From the NCBI GenBank assembly GCA_017431465.1, contig JAFRLA010000030.1, positions 276 through 64,275 of the forward strand: a stretch of DNA of 64,000 nt, written 5' to 3'. The DNA is from Candidatus Saccharimonadota bacterium (GTDB lineage Bacteria > Patescibacteriota > Saccharimonadia > Saccharimonadales > Saccharimonadaceae). A program made the position numbers and the translations under genes. Below the pieces are notes generated by a model. That model searched no databases. It worked only from the letters and a program-made list of their open reading frames with translations, and was not told the DNA's origin. Positions 17,198-26,229 of this stretch are shown piece after piece. Position 1 is the first letter of the stretch; each line of letters starts with the position of its first letter.

Positions 17198-19012
17198 ATG
17201 AACGTATTGATTATTGGGAATATCTTAAAAGATGTCTATCTTAAATTAGACGAAACTAAGAATAATTTCGAGATTGACGAGAACGGCACTCCTTGGCTCG
17301 ACCTCGCGTTTAACGGCTCTACGCATAATTTTTTTCGGCGCAGCTCAATTTACGGCGGGGCGACCGTCTCCCTTGAGGTTCTGAATAAATTTGGGCACGA
17401 TGCCAAAGTTGTCGGTTCGCGCTTGCAGTGCGAAAATGGGGAAGTCTCCCCGAACGGTCAAATGCCGGCCGGCTATCGTTATATTTTGTGCCACGAGAAT
17501 AAAATTGCCTATTTTTCGCCGAACGAACACGAAAAAACTGTTTGGGAAAATCCAACCGAGCCGATCGATTGGCTATTTATCGACCGTTCAGCGGGAGTAA
17601 CTAAGGATTTATTAGATAATATAAACAGTTTTTTGTCAATGTCATCAAGTACGCGCGTGGCGATGTATGCTAGAGAAAATATGAACGAGTTCGACCGTGA
17701 ATTGGCGAGTCGAGCCGATCTGATATTTTCAGAAGGAGAGTACCACGACACAAAGGGCGCCGAAAGCTCAGTTTGCGAAATCTTTAAGGACAGAATCAAA
17801 CTCGGCGAAGTGGAAGAAACTTGGCAAAGTGAACGGCTAGAATTGATGACTAGGCTGACGCTCTATTCGATTATTTCCGCTTCAATTTTTGGCGCGCTAT
17901 TAAACGGCCGCTCGGTACGCGAAGCGGTCAAGTTCGCAAAGCTAAATGCGGAAGGTTCGAGCTTAAAAGGGACTTTGACTATGAAAAAATTGGAGGAAAT
18001 GCTATCCGATAATCACGATAATATGCTAGCCGATACTGATATGATTGCGGCTCAAATGGTAGCGCCAAAAAAAGGCATTCTAGCGGCCGATGAATCTGGT
18101 GGCTCGATTCAGAAAAAATTTGCCCAGCTAGATATTCCAGACGACGAGCAACATCGCCGCGACTATCGTAACATCTTCCTGTCCACAGAAGATTTAGAAA
18201 AATATGTAAACGGGGTAATCCTTTTCGACGAAACAACCCGCCAAAAAGCTGATAACGGCCAAGACTTTGTCTCGTTTCTGACTACGAAGGGAATCATCCC
18301 AGGGATAAAAGTCGACCAAGGTTTAGAAGATCTAGAGGGCGCAGTTGCCGGCGAAAAGTATACGAAAGGCCTAGAGGGGCTGCCAGAACGTCTAAACGCG
18401 TATTATGACCAAGGTTTGAGATTCGCAAAGTGGCGCGCGGCCTTTGAAATTACTTCTAAGACTCCGAGCGATCTCGCAATCGATAAAAATTGCGAAATCT
18501 TAGCACAATATGCTAAATATTGTCAGGCCGCCGGCATCGTCCCAATTGTTGAGCCGGAAGTTGTGCACGACGGCAACTATACAATTGAAAAATGCGCCGA
18601 AGTCACCGGCAAAATCTTAAAGCGTCTTTTTGAAGAATTGGATCGTGCTGGGGTCCGACTTGAAGCCTGTATCCTAAAATGCAACATGGTTCTTGCCGGC
18701 AAAAAGTACCCAATAAGCAGCACCCCAGAAGAGGTCGGCCGTGCGACCGCAGAAATTTTGAAGGCGAATGTCCCAGAAGCTCTGGCTGGCGTTGTCTTTC
18801 TGTCTGGCGGACAGACAGTCGAGCAGGCGACGGACAATCTTCGCGCCGTGGAGAAGAACGGCCCATTCCCTTGGCCGGTTACTTTCTCGTTTGCGCGCGC
18901 TCTCCAAGACCCAGCATTATACGCTTGGAAAGGGAATAATGCTAACTGCGCCGCCGCCAGTGAAGCCTTCAAGAAACGCTTAATCGCTAACACAGAAGCC
19001 CTGGAAGGCTAA
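17198..19012 (+). CDS. fusion protein: N-terminal PfkB/ribokinase-like domain (catalytic motif degenerate) plus C-terminal class I fructose-bisphosphate aldolase
   Basis: The C-terminal ~330 aa align to class I FBA (GILAADES, GIKVD, IVPIVEPE, ILKCNMV, FLSGGQ). The N-terminal ~270 aa show a ribokinase-like GGATVSLEVLNKFG. They have LYSIISASIFGALL where DTxGAGD is expected. Confidence 0.85.
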   Translation: MNVLIIGNILKDVYLKLDETKNNFEIDENGTPWLDLAFNGSTHNFFRRSSIYGGATVSLEVLNKFGHDAKVVGSRLQCENGEVSPNGQMPAGYRYILCHENKIAYFSPNEHEKTVWENPTEPIDWLFIDRSAGVTKDLLDNINSFLSMSSSTRVAMYARENMNEFDRELASRADLIFSEGEYHDTKGAESSVCEIFKDRIKLGEVEETWQSERLELMTRLTLYSIISASIFGALLNGRSVREAVKFAKLNAEGSSLKGTLTMKKLEEMLSDNHDNMLADTDMIAAQMVAPKKGILAADESGGSIQKKFAQLDIPDDEQHRRDYRNIFLSTEDLEKYVNGVILFDETTRQKADNGQDFVSFLTTKGIIPGIKVDQGLEDLEGAVAGEKYTKGLEGLPERLNAYYDQGLRFAKWRAAFEITSKTPSDLAIDKNCEILAQYAKYCQAAGIVPIVEPEVVHDGNYTIEKCAEVTGKILKRLFEELDRAGVRLEACILKCNMVLAGKKYPISSTPEEVGRATAEILKANVPEALAGVVFLSGGQTVEQATDNLRAVEKNGPFPWPVTFSFARALQDPALYAWKGNNANCAAASEAFKKRLIANTEALEG

Positions 19013-19049
19013 TTAGACTTTTTAAACCCACTTATGCTATAATATACTC

Positions 19050-20366
19050 ATGAAAACTAAAGTGGGCGACTTAACTATTAAAGATATTAAAGCGCGGCAA
19101 ATTCTCGACAGCCGCGGCAATCCAACGGTAGAGACTGACGTTATTTTGTCATCTGGTCATATTGGCCGTGCAGCAGTGCCGTCGGGTGCATCAACTGGCG
19201 CTGGCGAGGCTTTAGAGCTCCGCGACAAAGATGACCATTATTATAATGGCAAGGGAGTTTTGAAGGCTGTTTGGAATGTCAACGAAAAAATTCGTGATGT
19301 ATTAGTCGGCAATTCAGCAGAGCAAAAAACCGTGGACCAGTTAATGCTCGATTTAGACGGGACGGATAATAAATCTAACCTTGGCGCGAATGCGATTCTT
19401 TCCGTCTCGCTCGCGATCGCGAAAGCCGTTGCAGCAGCTAAAGAACAGCCGTTATATAAATATATCGCGGAGCTTGCCGGCACAACTGACCAGATTTCCA
19501 TGCCGATGCCAATGATGAACGTGATGAATGGTGGCGCTCACGCTGACTGGTCGACCGATTTCCAGGAGTATATGATCATGCCACTTTCGGCTACGAATAT
19601 TTCCGAAGCGGTTCGTATGGGCGCAGAAGTTTTCCATGCGCTCCACGACATTCTACGCGAACGTGGTTACCCAACAACTGTCGGTGACGAGGGCGGTTAT
19701 GCGCCGAATATGCGCGAAGGCGACAATGAACCTTTGGAATGCATTCGTTTGGCGATCGAGCGCGCTGGCTATACCCCAGGAACGGATTTCTTCATTGCTA
19801 TGGATATCGCTGCCTCTGAATTTTACAACGAAGATCATTATGAACTAAAGACTAATGGCGACTGGAAATGGTCAGACAACCTAATCGATTGGTATACTTG
19901 GATTCTAGATAATTATCCAGTTGCTTCTATTGAGGACGGGCTATCGGAAACTGACTGGGAGGGCTGGAAGGCCATGACAGATCGGCTAGGGAATCGGACT
20001 CAGTTGGTTGGCGATGATTTATTTGTAACAAATGTCAAACTTCTAGAGCACGGTATTTCCGAAAAAGCCGGAAATGCAATTTTGGTAAAACCAAATCAGA
20101 TCGGCTCTTTGACGGAGACTATTGAGGCGGTTTTGACCGCCAAAAAGGCTGGTTTCGGTACTATCCTCTCGCATCGCTCCGGCGAAACGGAAGACACGAC
20201 CATCGCGCACTTGGCCGTAGGTCTAGGCACTGGTCAGATTAAAACCGGTTCGCTTTCGCGTAGCGAGCGAATTGCTAAATACAACGAATTAATCCGCATC
20301 TCAGAAGAAGATCCAGAGATTAATTTCGATTTCGAATTGCTAGAGAAACTAGCCCACCGCTCCTAG
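19050..20366 (+). CDS. eno: enolase
   Basis: Motifs [35 protein letters not shown] and SHRSGETED. Confidence 0.97.
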   Translation: MKTKVGDLTIKDIKARQILDSRGNPTVETDVILSSGHIGRAAVPSGASTGAGEALELRDKDDHYYNGKGVLKAVWNVNEKIRDVLVGNSAEQKTVDQLMLDLDGTDNKSNLGANAILSVSLAIAKAVAAAKEQPLYKYIAELAGTTDQISMPMPMMNVMNGGAHADWSTDFQEYMIMPLSATNISEAVRMGAEVFHALHDILRERGYPTTVGDEGGYAPNMREGDNEPLECIRLAIERAGYTPGTDFFIAMDIAASEFYNEDHYELKTNGDWKWSDNLIDWYTWILDNYPVASIEDGLSETDWEGWKAMTDRLGNRTQLVGDDLFVTNVKLLEHGISEKAGNAILVKPNQIGSLTETIEAVLTAKKAGFGTILSHRSGETEDTTIAHLAVGLGTGQIKTGSLSRSERIAKYNELIRISEEDPEINFDFELLEKLAHRS

Positions 20367-20398
20367 ATTTTTGTGAAAAATATGTTATAATAATAAAA

Positions 20399-21661
20399 AT
20401 GGATAAAAAGCTGCGAGAAAAGTTGAAAACTTTGCCTGTCACGCCGGGTGTTTATTTTCATAAAAACGCCAAGGGCGAGGTAATTTATGTCGGCAAAGCG
20501 GCGGTTTTGAAAAATCGCGTACGACAGTACTTCCAAAACACTGAGAAGGATCCAAAAACAGCAGCCTTAGTCGCCGAGATTGCTGATACCGACTGGCTGA
20601 CCGTAGATACCGAGATGGACGCACTATTCCTAGAATCAGAAATGATCAAGCGCTATAAACCGAAATGGAACATTCTGCTTCGTGATGACAAAACCGTGAG
20701 CTATGTCCGGATTGACATGAAATCAGAGATCCCTTATGTTTCGATTACTCGCCAGCCAATCGGCGACGACGCAACCTATATTGGCCCGTTCTATGCAAAA
20801 AATACTATAAAAACCGCATTAAGAATCCTTCGCAAAGTTTTTCCTTATTATGACAAACCTTATAATGGTAAAAAGACTTTGGACACCGATCTCGGCCTAA
20901 CTCCAGGGATTGAAATCGGGGAGACTACGCCAAAAGAGTATAAAAAGACACTGCGAAGACTGATCCGCTATCTTGAAGGTGATCGTGAAAAATTGATTAA
21001 GGAGCTTGAGAAGCAGATGAAAGAGGCCTCGAAGCAGCAGAACTACGAGGAAGCAGCTGAGCTTAGAAATCAATTCTTTGGGTTAAAGGGGCTAAAAAAG
21101 AAAATTGTTTTCTCGGACAAGGAATTTTTGGACATTTCCTCTGACGAGGCTCTAAAAGAGCTTCAGTCTTTGCTAAAGTTGCCAACTCCGCCAAAACGCA
21201 TCGAGGGCTACGACATTTCGCATATTTCTGGCACCGACGTCGTGGCTAGTATGGTCGTTTTTGTTAACGGCGTCTCTGATCGTTCGGAGTACCGCAAGTT
21301 CAGATTAAAGAGCCAACAGAACGACGACCCTGCAAGCCTTAAGGAAATCCTAACTCGCCGATTTAAGCATAAGGATTGGGCTGCTCCAGACGTGATCCTT
21401 TTGGATGGTGGCAAACCGCAATTTTCCGCGGCCAAAGACACGCTAGAAGAGTTGGGGCTCGAAAATATTCCGATTATTGCGCGCGATAAGTCTGGTGACC
21501 ATGGTAGAAATGCCGAGGTAAAATTAGTAATAGACGCCAAAATTACCCCTCTTCCTCCTGATGGCCACCTCGCAAAACTCATTGCGCGCATCGACGAAGA
21601 GTCTCATCGCTTTGCTGTGACCTATCACCGTTTACTAAGACGAAAAAGGATGTTAAAATAA
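20399..21661 (+). CDS. uvrC: UvrC-like excinuclease subunit, short form lacking the C-terminal (HhH)2 region
   Basis: It has GIY-YIG (PGVYFHKN..GEVIYVGKA..L.NRV.QY), a UVR motif (YEEAAELRNQ) and the endonuclease V-like IEGYDISHISG. It ends at 420 aa. Confidence 0.8.
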   Translation: MDKKLREKLKTLPVTPGVYFHKNAKGEVIYVGKAAVLKNRVRQYFQNTEKDPKTAALVAEIADTDWLTVDTEMDALFLESEMIKRYKPKWNILLRDDKTVSYVRIDMKSEIPYVSITRQPIGDDATYIGPFYAKNTIKTALRILRKVFPYYDKPYNGKKTLDTDLGLTPGIEIGETTPKEYKKTLRRLIRYLEGDREKLIKELEKQMKEASKQQNYEEAAELRNQFFGLKGLKKKIVFSDKEFLDISSDEALKELQSLLKLPTPPKRIEGYDISHISGTDVVASMVVFVNGVSDRSEYRKFRLKSQQNDDPASLKEILTRRFKHKDWAAPDVILLDGGKPQFSAAKDTLEELGLENIPIIARDKSGDHGRNAEVKLVIDAKITPLPPDGHLAKLIARIDEESHRFAVTYHRLLRRKRMLK

Positions 21662-21665
21662 GGTT

Positions 21666-22034
21666 ATGATAAAAAAACAACTGCTAGGTTTTGTGGCACG
21701 CTGGATTCTCTCGTCTTTTGGGATGTGGATTTCCATCACTTTGTTTGGTAAAATTTACGGCGGTAGCGCTATTTGGATTTTTGTTCTTGCTGGTTTTATT
21801 TTCTCAGTTGCCAATTCGTTGATTCGCCCACTAATGACTTTGATGGCTCTGCCACTAATAGTCTCTACGATGGGGCTCTTCACTCTAATCATTAATATTA
21901 CGATCGTCGGCCTAACTATCTGGCTAACCCCGAACGTTACGATGGATTTTCCAGGTGCGCTTCTTAGCTCTCTCGTGATGAGTTTGGTTAATGGGGTTGT
22001 AAATTTTTGGATTTCGCCGTATACTAGTAAGTAA
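21666..22034 (+). CDS. small membrane protein (phage holin family IV / DUF360-like)
   Basis: Four hydrophobic segments in a YvlD-like pattern. The call is tentative. Confidence 0.6.
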   Translation: MIKKQLLGFVARWILSSFGMWISITLFGKIYGGSAIWIFVLAGFIFSVANSLIRPLMTLMALPLIVSTMGLFTLIINITIVGLTIWLTPNVTMDFPGALLSSLVMSLVNGVVNFWISPYTSK

Positions 22035-22035
22035 T

Positions 22036-22257
22036 ATGGGAAATATTTTACAGACAACTACCTTAATTTCGGCGATTTTGTCAATTTTGTTGATTTTATT
22101 GCAACAACGCGGTGCTTCCTTAGGGGCCGGCTTTGGTGCTAGTGGCGAACTTTATACAACTCGCCGCGGACTCGACCGCTCTTTGTTCAACGCCACGATT
22201 GTCTTTGTCGTAATCTTTATTCTGTCAATTCTGGGGCTATTATTAATTCCATCATAA
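22036..22257 (+). CDS. secG: preprotein translocase subunit SecG-like
   Basis: 73 aa with two TM helices and a Gly-rich loop (QQRGASLGAGFGASG). Confidence 0.7.
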   Translation: MGNILQTTTLISAILSILLILLQQRGASLGAGFGASGELYTTRRGLDRSLFNATIVFVVIFILSILGLLLIPS

Positions 22258-22260
22258 ATT

Positions 22261-23994
22261 ATGAGTGCTAGAAAAGGTAAGCGTGGGCAAAAAATCATTC
22301 GAAAGTTTTCGCGGTTTTCTAAAAAGGCCGGCGAGAATAGTATGGAGCATATCCAAGAGAACCTCGTAGAGCGTGTTGACCATATTAAAAATGTTAAACT
22401 TCTCATCTTGGAGTGGTCTTTACTAGTTTTAGCCTTGATCATGTTATCGGTTACCCAAGCCTTTTGGTATGCGGAATCTTATTCAGTTGATTCTTGGGGC
22501 AAAGGAGGGACTTATACCGAGGGGACGCTTGGGAAAGTCAACTCGTTAAACCCGCTTTTTGCTTCGACGAGTAGCGAAAAAGCACTCTCGAAATTAATGT
22601 TCGCGACTTTGACCGCGCCAGATTATTCTGGCCATATCGGCCTAAACCTCGCTGTTTCGGTTAAGACTGAAGATTCTGGTAGTACTTGGACAATTAAGTT
22701 GCGTGATGGCGTAAAATGGTCAGACGGGGAACCGGTAACGAACCAGGATGTCTTATATACGGTGGCGATCTTAAAAGACCCAAGCGTCAACTCCTCGTAT
22801 TCCTCCAACCTTTCGAAGGTTGAAGTTACGGAAAAAGATGGCGAGCTTTTGTTCTCGCTTCCGACTGCCTATGCCAACTTCCCGTCGGCGTTAGATTTTC
22901 CGATTTTGCCTGAGCACGTTTTAAAAGACGTTGATGCCAGCTTACTTCTCGAGAACGCCTTTAGTTTATCTCCAGTAACTTCGGGTCCATTTTCTTACAA
23001 TGCGTCTCAGAATATCGGTACAACTGGTGAAAAAATCGTCTATTTGACGCCAAATGAGTCTTATTACGGTGGCGCGCCGCTTCTAGACAGTTTCGCGATT
23101 CATGCTTTTGTCGATAAGGAATCTCTGATTGACGCAGTAAAAACGGGCGCTGTTACCGCGACTGCCGAATTATCTCCAAGCGAAGCCGAAAGTCTGGCTT
23201 CGAGCGCCTTTACCGAGCGTGAATCTGCAATAAATAGCGGAGTTTATGCCTTTTTCAATACAACTGGCACGATTTTCAATAATGCTGATCTTAGGAAGGC
23301 GGTCCAAAAAGGTTTAGATATGCGCTCGCTTCGCGCTCCAACTGGCGAAGAAGTCGCGCTTGACTATCCGTTGCTTAAAACTCAAACTACTCTTCAGGAT
23401 AGCCAGTACCCAACTTTGCCAGAATACGATCCAAAAGGCGCAAAAGAGATTATTAGCTCTGCAAATCTGGAGACCCCAGTAAATTTGGTCGCCGCCAACA
23501 CGGGCTATATTCCAGCAGTTGCTGAAAACTTGAAATACCAGCTAGAACAACTTGGTTTTAAAGTAGAGCTTCACGTTTATGATCCTGATCAGGATTTCTT
23601 GTTGACGGTGATTCGGCCGCGTGACTATGATATTCTTATCCAGGAAATCGGCCTTGGCGCCGACCCGGATCTGTTCGCTTATTATCATTCTTCTCAAGCC
23701 CAGCCAGGAGGTCTCAATCTCTCCAACTACAATAACGCCTTGGCTTCAGATTTGCTCCTCGCTGCGCGCGGAACAATGGACCAAGAAGTTCGGAATGCGA
23801 AATACGCCGCTTTCTTGAAACTTTGGGTTGAAGACGTCCCGGCAATTGGAATTTACCAAGCGAATATGGACTATCTCGTTAGCAAGAAGGTCCGTAGTTA
23901 CTCCAATGAGAATCATCTAGTTACCTCGATTGATCGCTACGAAGACGTCTCGTTCTGGGCCACTCAAAGAGTTACCAAAAACCGTACGCCGTAG
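22261..23994 (+). CDS. membrane-anchored solute-binding protein, ABC peptide/nickel family 5-like (orphan)
   Basis: It has an N-terminal TM anchor and a family-5 SBP-like pattern (W.DG.P.T..DV, PNE.Y). No permease or ATPase gene lies nearby. Confidence 0.7.
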   Translation: MSARKGKRGQKIIRKFSRFSKKAGENSMEHIQENLVERVDHIKNVKLLILEWSLLVLALIMLSVTQAFWYAESYSVDSWGKGGTYTEGTLGKVNSLNPLFASTSSEKALSKLMFATLTAPDYSGHIGLNLAVSVKTEDSGSTWTIKLRDGVKWSDGEPVTNQDVLYTVAILKDPSVNSSYSSNLSKVEVTEKDGELLFSLPTAYANFPSALDFPILPEHVLKDVDASLLLENAFSLSPVTSGPFSYNASQNIGTTGEKIVYLTPNESYYGGAPLLDSFAIHAFVDKESLIDAVKTGAVTATAELSPSEAESLASSAFTERESAINSGVYAFFNTTGTIFNNADLRKAVQKGLDMRSLRAPTGEEVALDYPLLKTQTTLQDSQYPTLPEYDPKGAKEIISSANLETPVNLVAANTGYIPAVAENLKYQLEQLGFKVELHVYDPDQDFLLTVIRPRDYDILIQEIGLGADPDLFAYYHSSQAQPGGLNLSNYNNALASDLLLAARGTMDQEVRNAKYAAFLKLWVEDVPAIGIYQANMDYLVSKKVRSYSNENHLVTSIDRYEDVSFWATQRVTKNRTP

Positions 23995-24009
23995 TATAAT
24001 ATATTATAT

Positions 24010-25074
24010 ATGGTTAAAAAGCGAGGTAAAAACCTATTGTTCTCGATTGCTATAACCATGCTTTTTATTGCTGTCGGAGTGTTGTTGATTCTACAACATG
24101 AGCCAGTAGATAGCGAGGCCTATTCTCTGCTTGTACGAACGGGAATTTCTTATCGACTAAGTAGTTTTATCAGCCTCATTATAGTTTCCGCTGCAGTTTT
24201 TATTATCTCCCAATTTACCGCTTTTAAAAAGTGGCAAAAAATTCTAATTGTCCTATCTGGTGGCTTTTTCTATTTCCCGTCGGTCCATGCCAGTTTCGGT
24301 ATTGCGACTTTTAATTGGGGGGCGAAGGCCGATTATTGGGAATTCTCTAAACAGCTAAACGAGTCGCTTTACGGGGTGTTAATCCCGATTTTCGAACTTG
24401 GATTAGCGTTTTTACTGATCTACCTCTGCGCTCGCTACTTAAAATTGTTTTTTGCCGCAGTTTTAACAATCTGCGGCTATCTCCTACTTCTATATTTTGC
24501 TGCACCGCTCCCGCTTTCTGGCGAAGCGACTGCTCCTCTACTTGCTTTAATGGTATTATTTATTGCTTTAACCTTCTCTGCGAAACGACGAGGCCGCAAT
24601 CGTCTCGATCAAATCTTTGGCCGGCTAGAAACGTACAAGTTGATCAAGGCTCACACCTCGGTCCGTTCACTTTGCCTAATCCCTGTCATTCTCTCAGTCC
24701 CCCACGCCGTATTTAGTGCGATAAGTGACTTAACAGGCGAGGTCTCGGACGCCTATACAATCTCTAGCCAGATTAATCAGCTCCCAGAAAATACGGTAAT
24801 TTTACCAGCTTCGCCTACCGTAAGAAGTGAACTAGAGCTTTACGCTCCGTTGCTTGACGCTAGTCACGAAATTCATAGTAGCACCGTAAATGATGAGAAC
24901 CTTGATGACACGATATCTGAATTAGCTGGAAAACGCATCTATATTGCGCTAAGAATTAATGCCTGTGGGGAGTCTGCCGACAATATTGCGTTAGATAAGA
25001 ATTGGAATTTGACTGAATTAGCCACATCAAAAAACGCCCTGAAATTGGCGTTAGTATCTGGTGCGCCTGACTAG
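24010..25074 (+). CDS. hypothetical polytopic membrane protein with a C-terminal soluble domain
   Basis: 354-aa ORF with multiple TM segments. The last 16 nt overlap tRNA-Leu on the opposite strand. Confidence 0.5.
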   Translation: MVKKRGKNLLFSIAITMLFIAVGVLLILQHEPVDSEAYSLLVRTGISYRLSSFISLIIVSAAVFIISQFTAFKKWQKILIVLSGGFFYFPSVHASFGIATFNWGAKADYWEFSKQLNESLYGVLIPIFELGLAFLLIYLCARYLKLFFAAVLTICGYLLLLYFAAPLPLSGEATAPLLALMVLFIALTFSAKRRGRNRLDQIFGRLETYKLIKAHTSVRSLCLIPVILSVPHAVFSAISDLTGEVSDAYTISSQINQLPENTVILPASPTVRSELELYAPLLDASHEIHSSTVNDENLDDTISELAGKRIYIALRINACGESADNIALDKNWNLTELATSKNALKLALVSGAPD

Positions 25075-25147
25075 ACTCGAACTAGCACAGCCAAAAACGG
25101 CCACTACCACCTCAAGGTAGCGTGTCTACCAATTCCACCACAGGCGC
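25059..25147 (-). tRNA. tRNA-Leu (GAG)
   Basis: Class II tRNA GCGCCTG...CAGGCGC-A-CCA with anticodon stem CTACC/GGTAG, loop TTGAGGT and a long variable arm. Confidence 0.9.
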
Positions 25148-25261
25148 ATTAAAGTACTTATTTATTATATCATACTTTTAAAAAACAGGGAATAAATCGG
25201 CTAATCACCTCTATCCTGTGGAAAACTTTTTGACAATTTTGAAAAAAGTCCAAAAAAAGTA

Positions 25262-25290
25262 TTGACATAAGCATATTAGTAGTCTATAAT
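25262..25290 (+). promoter_or_regulatory. consensus promoter TTGACA-17-TATAAT for the surface-protein cluster
   Basis: TTGACA at 25262-25267 and TATAAT at 25285-25290. A 45-nt leader carries gaaaggaaa before the ATG at 25336. Confidence 0.65.
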
Positions 25291-25335
25291 CAGAAGGGTA
25301 AAGGTCATATAATAAAAAAGAAAGGAAACACAAAT

Positions 25336-26118
25336 ATGTCCAAAACAACTAAAATTATTGCTGCCCTTGGGGTAGTTGCAGGTATCGGAGTCGCTTCGTT
25401 GCCATTAGCATCCTACGCAGAAGGCGAAACTTCTGTAAGCGGTAACGTTCGTCTTGAGGTTGAAATCTCTCCGGCGATCGCTATGCGTATTCACTCTAAC
25501 GCTGATCAAACTTGTACTGATGATGACAGCGATCCAGAGACACCAGATACGTGTACTGATAACTACGGCTTTATCGGTTATGAACCAGCTGACGCTCAGG
25601 GTCCTAGCGACGCTGCTGCGGTTGCAGGTCCGTCTCTCGCAACTGGCTTACAGTTAAGCGCTAACCAAGCTGATGAATCGACCCTCTTCTCTGAGATCGA
25701 GGTCCGTTCTAACACTGGCGCCTTCAAGCTCGAGCTTCTTGACGCTGATGATGATACTAACTTGAACCTTGCTACTCCGTCGGCAACTGCTAACGAGTAC
25801 ATTCCAGCAGGTGTTACCCTCATCTCTGGCGGTGCTAATGATGGCAAAATCAACGGCCAGGTTGCTGGTTGGGCAGTTAAAGGTGGTGACGTAACTTCTT
25901 GGACTGCTGTCCCAGCTGGTGCTTCTGCTGATTACGATGCTGACGCTGGTACTGGTACTGCTGCTCAGACTCCGCTTACGATTCTTGCTAGCGGTTCTAA
26001 CGCTACTTCCCCGCTTGCTTATAGCGCGAAGACCACGGTTAACTATGGCGTTGCTTCCGGTTTGACTAAGACTGGTGTTTACAGCGACATCGTTACCTAC
26101 ACTGCTACTGCTATCTAA
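25336..26118 (+). CDS. secreted Ala/Thr/Gly/Asp-rich surface protein (cluster gene A; WxL-protein-like position)
   Basis: Signal peptide MSKTTKIIAALGVVAGIGVASLPLASYA, a beta-strand-like composition and a paralog at 42118. No family is securely recognised. Confidence 0.75.
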   Translation: MSKTTKIIAALGVVAGIGVASLPLASYAEGETSVSGNVRLEVEISPAIAMRIHSNADQTCTDDDSDPETPDTCTDNYGFIGYEPADAQGPSDAAAVAGPSLATGLQLSANQADESTLFSEIEVRSNTGAFKLELLDADDDTNLNLATPSATANEYIPAGVTLISGGANDGKINGQVAGWAVKGGDVTSWTAVPAGASADYDADAGTGTAAQTPLTILASGSNATSPLAYSAKTTVNYGVASGLTKTGVYSDIVTYTATAI

Positions 26119-26229
26119 TTTAGCCAATAGCAAAGCCCCTCTGTCCAAGGATAGAGGGGTTTTTGTGTAAAATGGGTCTTGCATTTAACTTCCCGCTCGT
26201 GTATAATTGGGTACATAACAAGGAGGTTA

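Noticed and set aside
16960-17199. ORFs on both strands across the rplY tail and terminator (76 aa and 78 aa).
   Set aside because: They are generated by the GC-rich 42-nt-period repeat encoding the L25 acidic tail. They overlap a terminator and the next promoter.
24010-25074. 16-nt overlap of the 354-aa membrane-protein ORF with tRNA-Leu on the opposite strand, considered as evidence that the ORF is spurious or that the tRNA is an integration target.
   Set aside because: A short tail overlap is compatible with a real gene in this compact genome. There is no duplicated tRNA segment or mobile gene nearby. The ORF is kept at reduced confidence.
25654-26184. 176-aa minus-strand ORF, plus ORFs at 25596-25853 and 25454-25657, overlapping surface gene A.
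   Set aside because: They are antisense or out-of-frame shadows of a gene that has a clear signal peptide, promoter, SD and a paralog at 42118.
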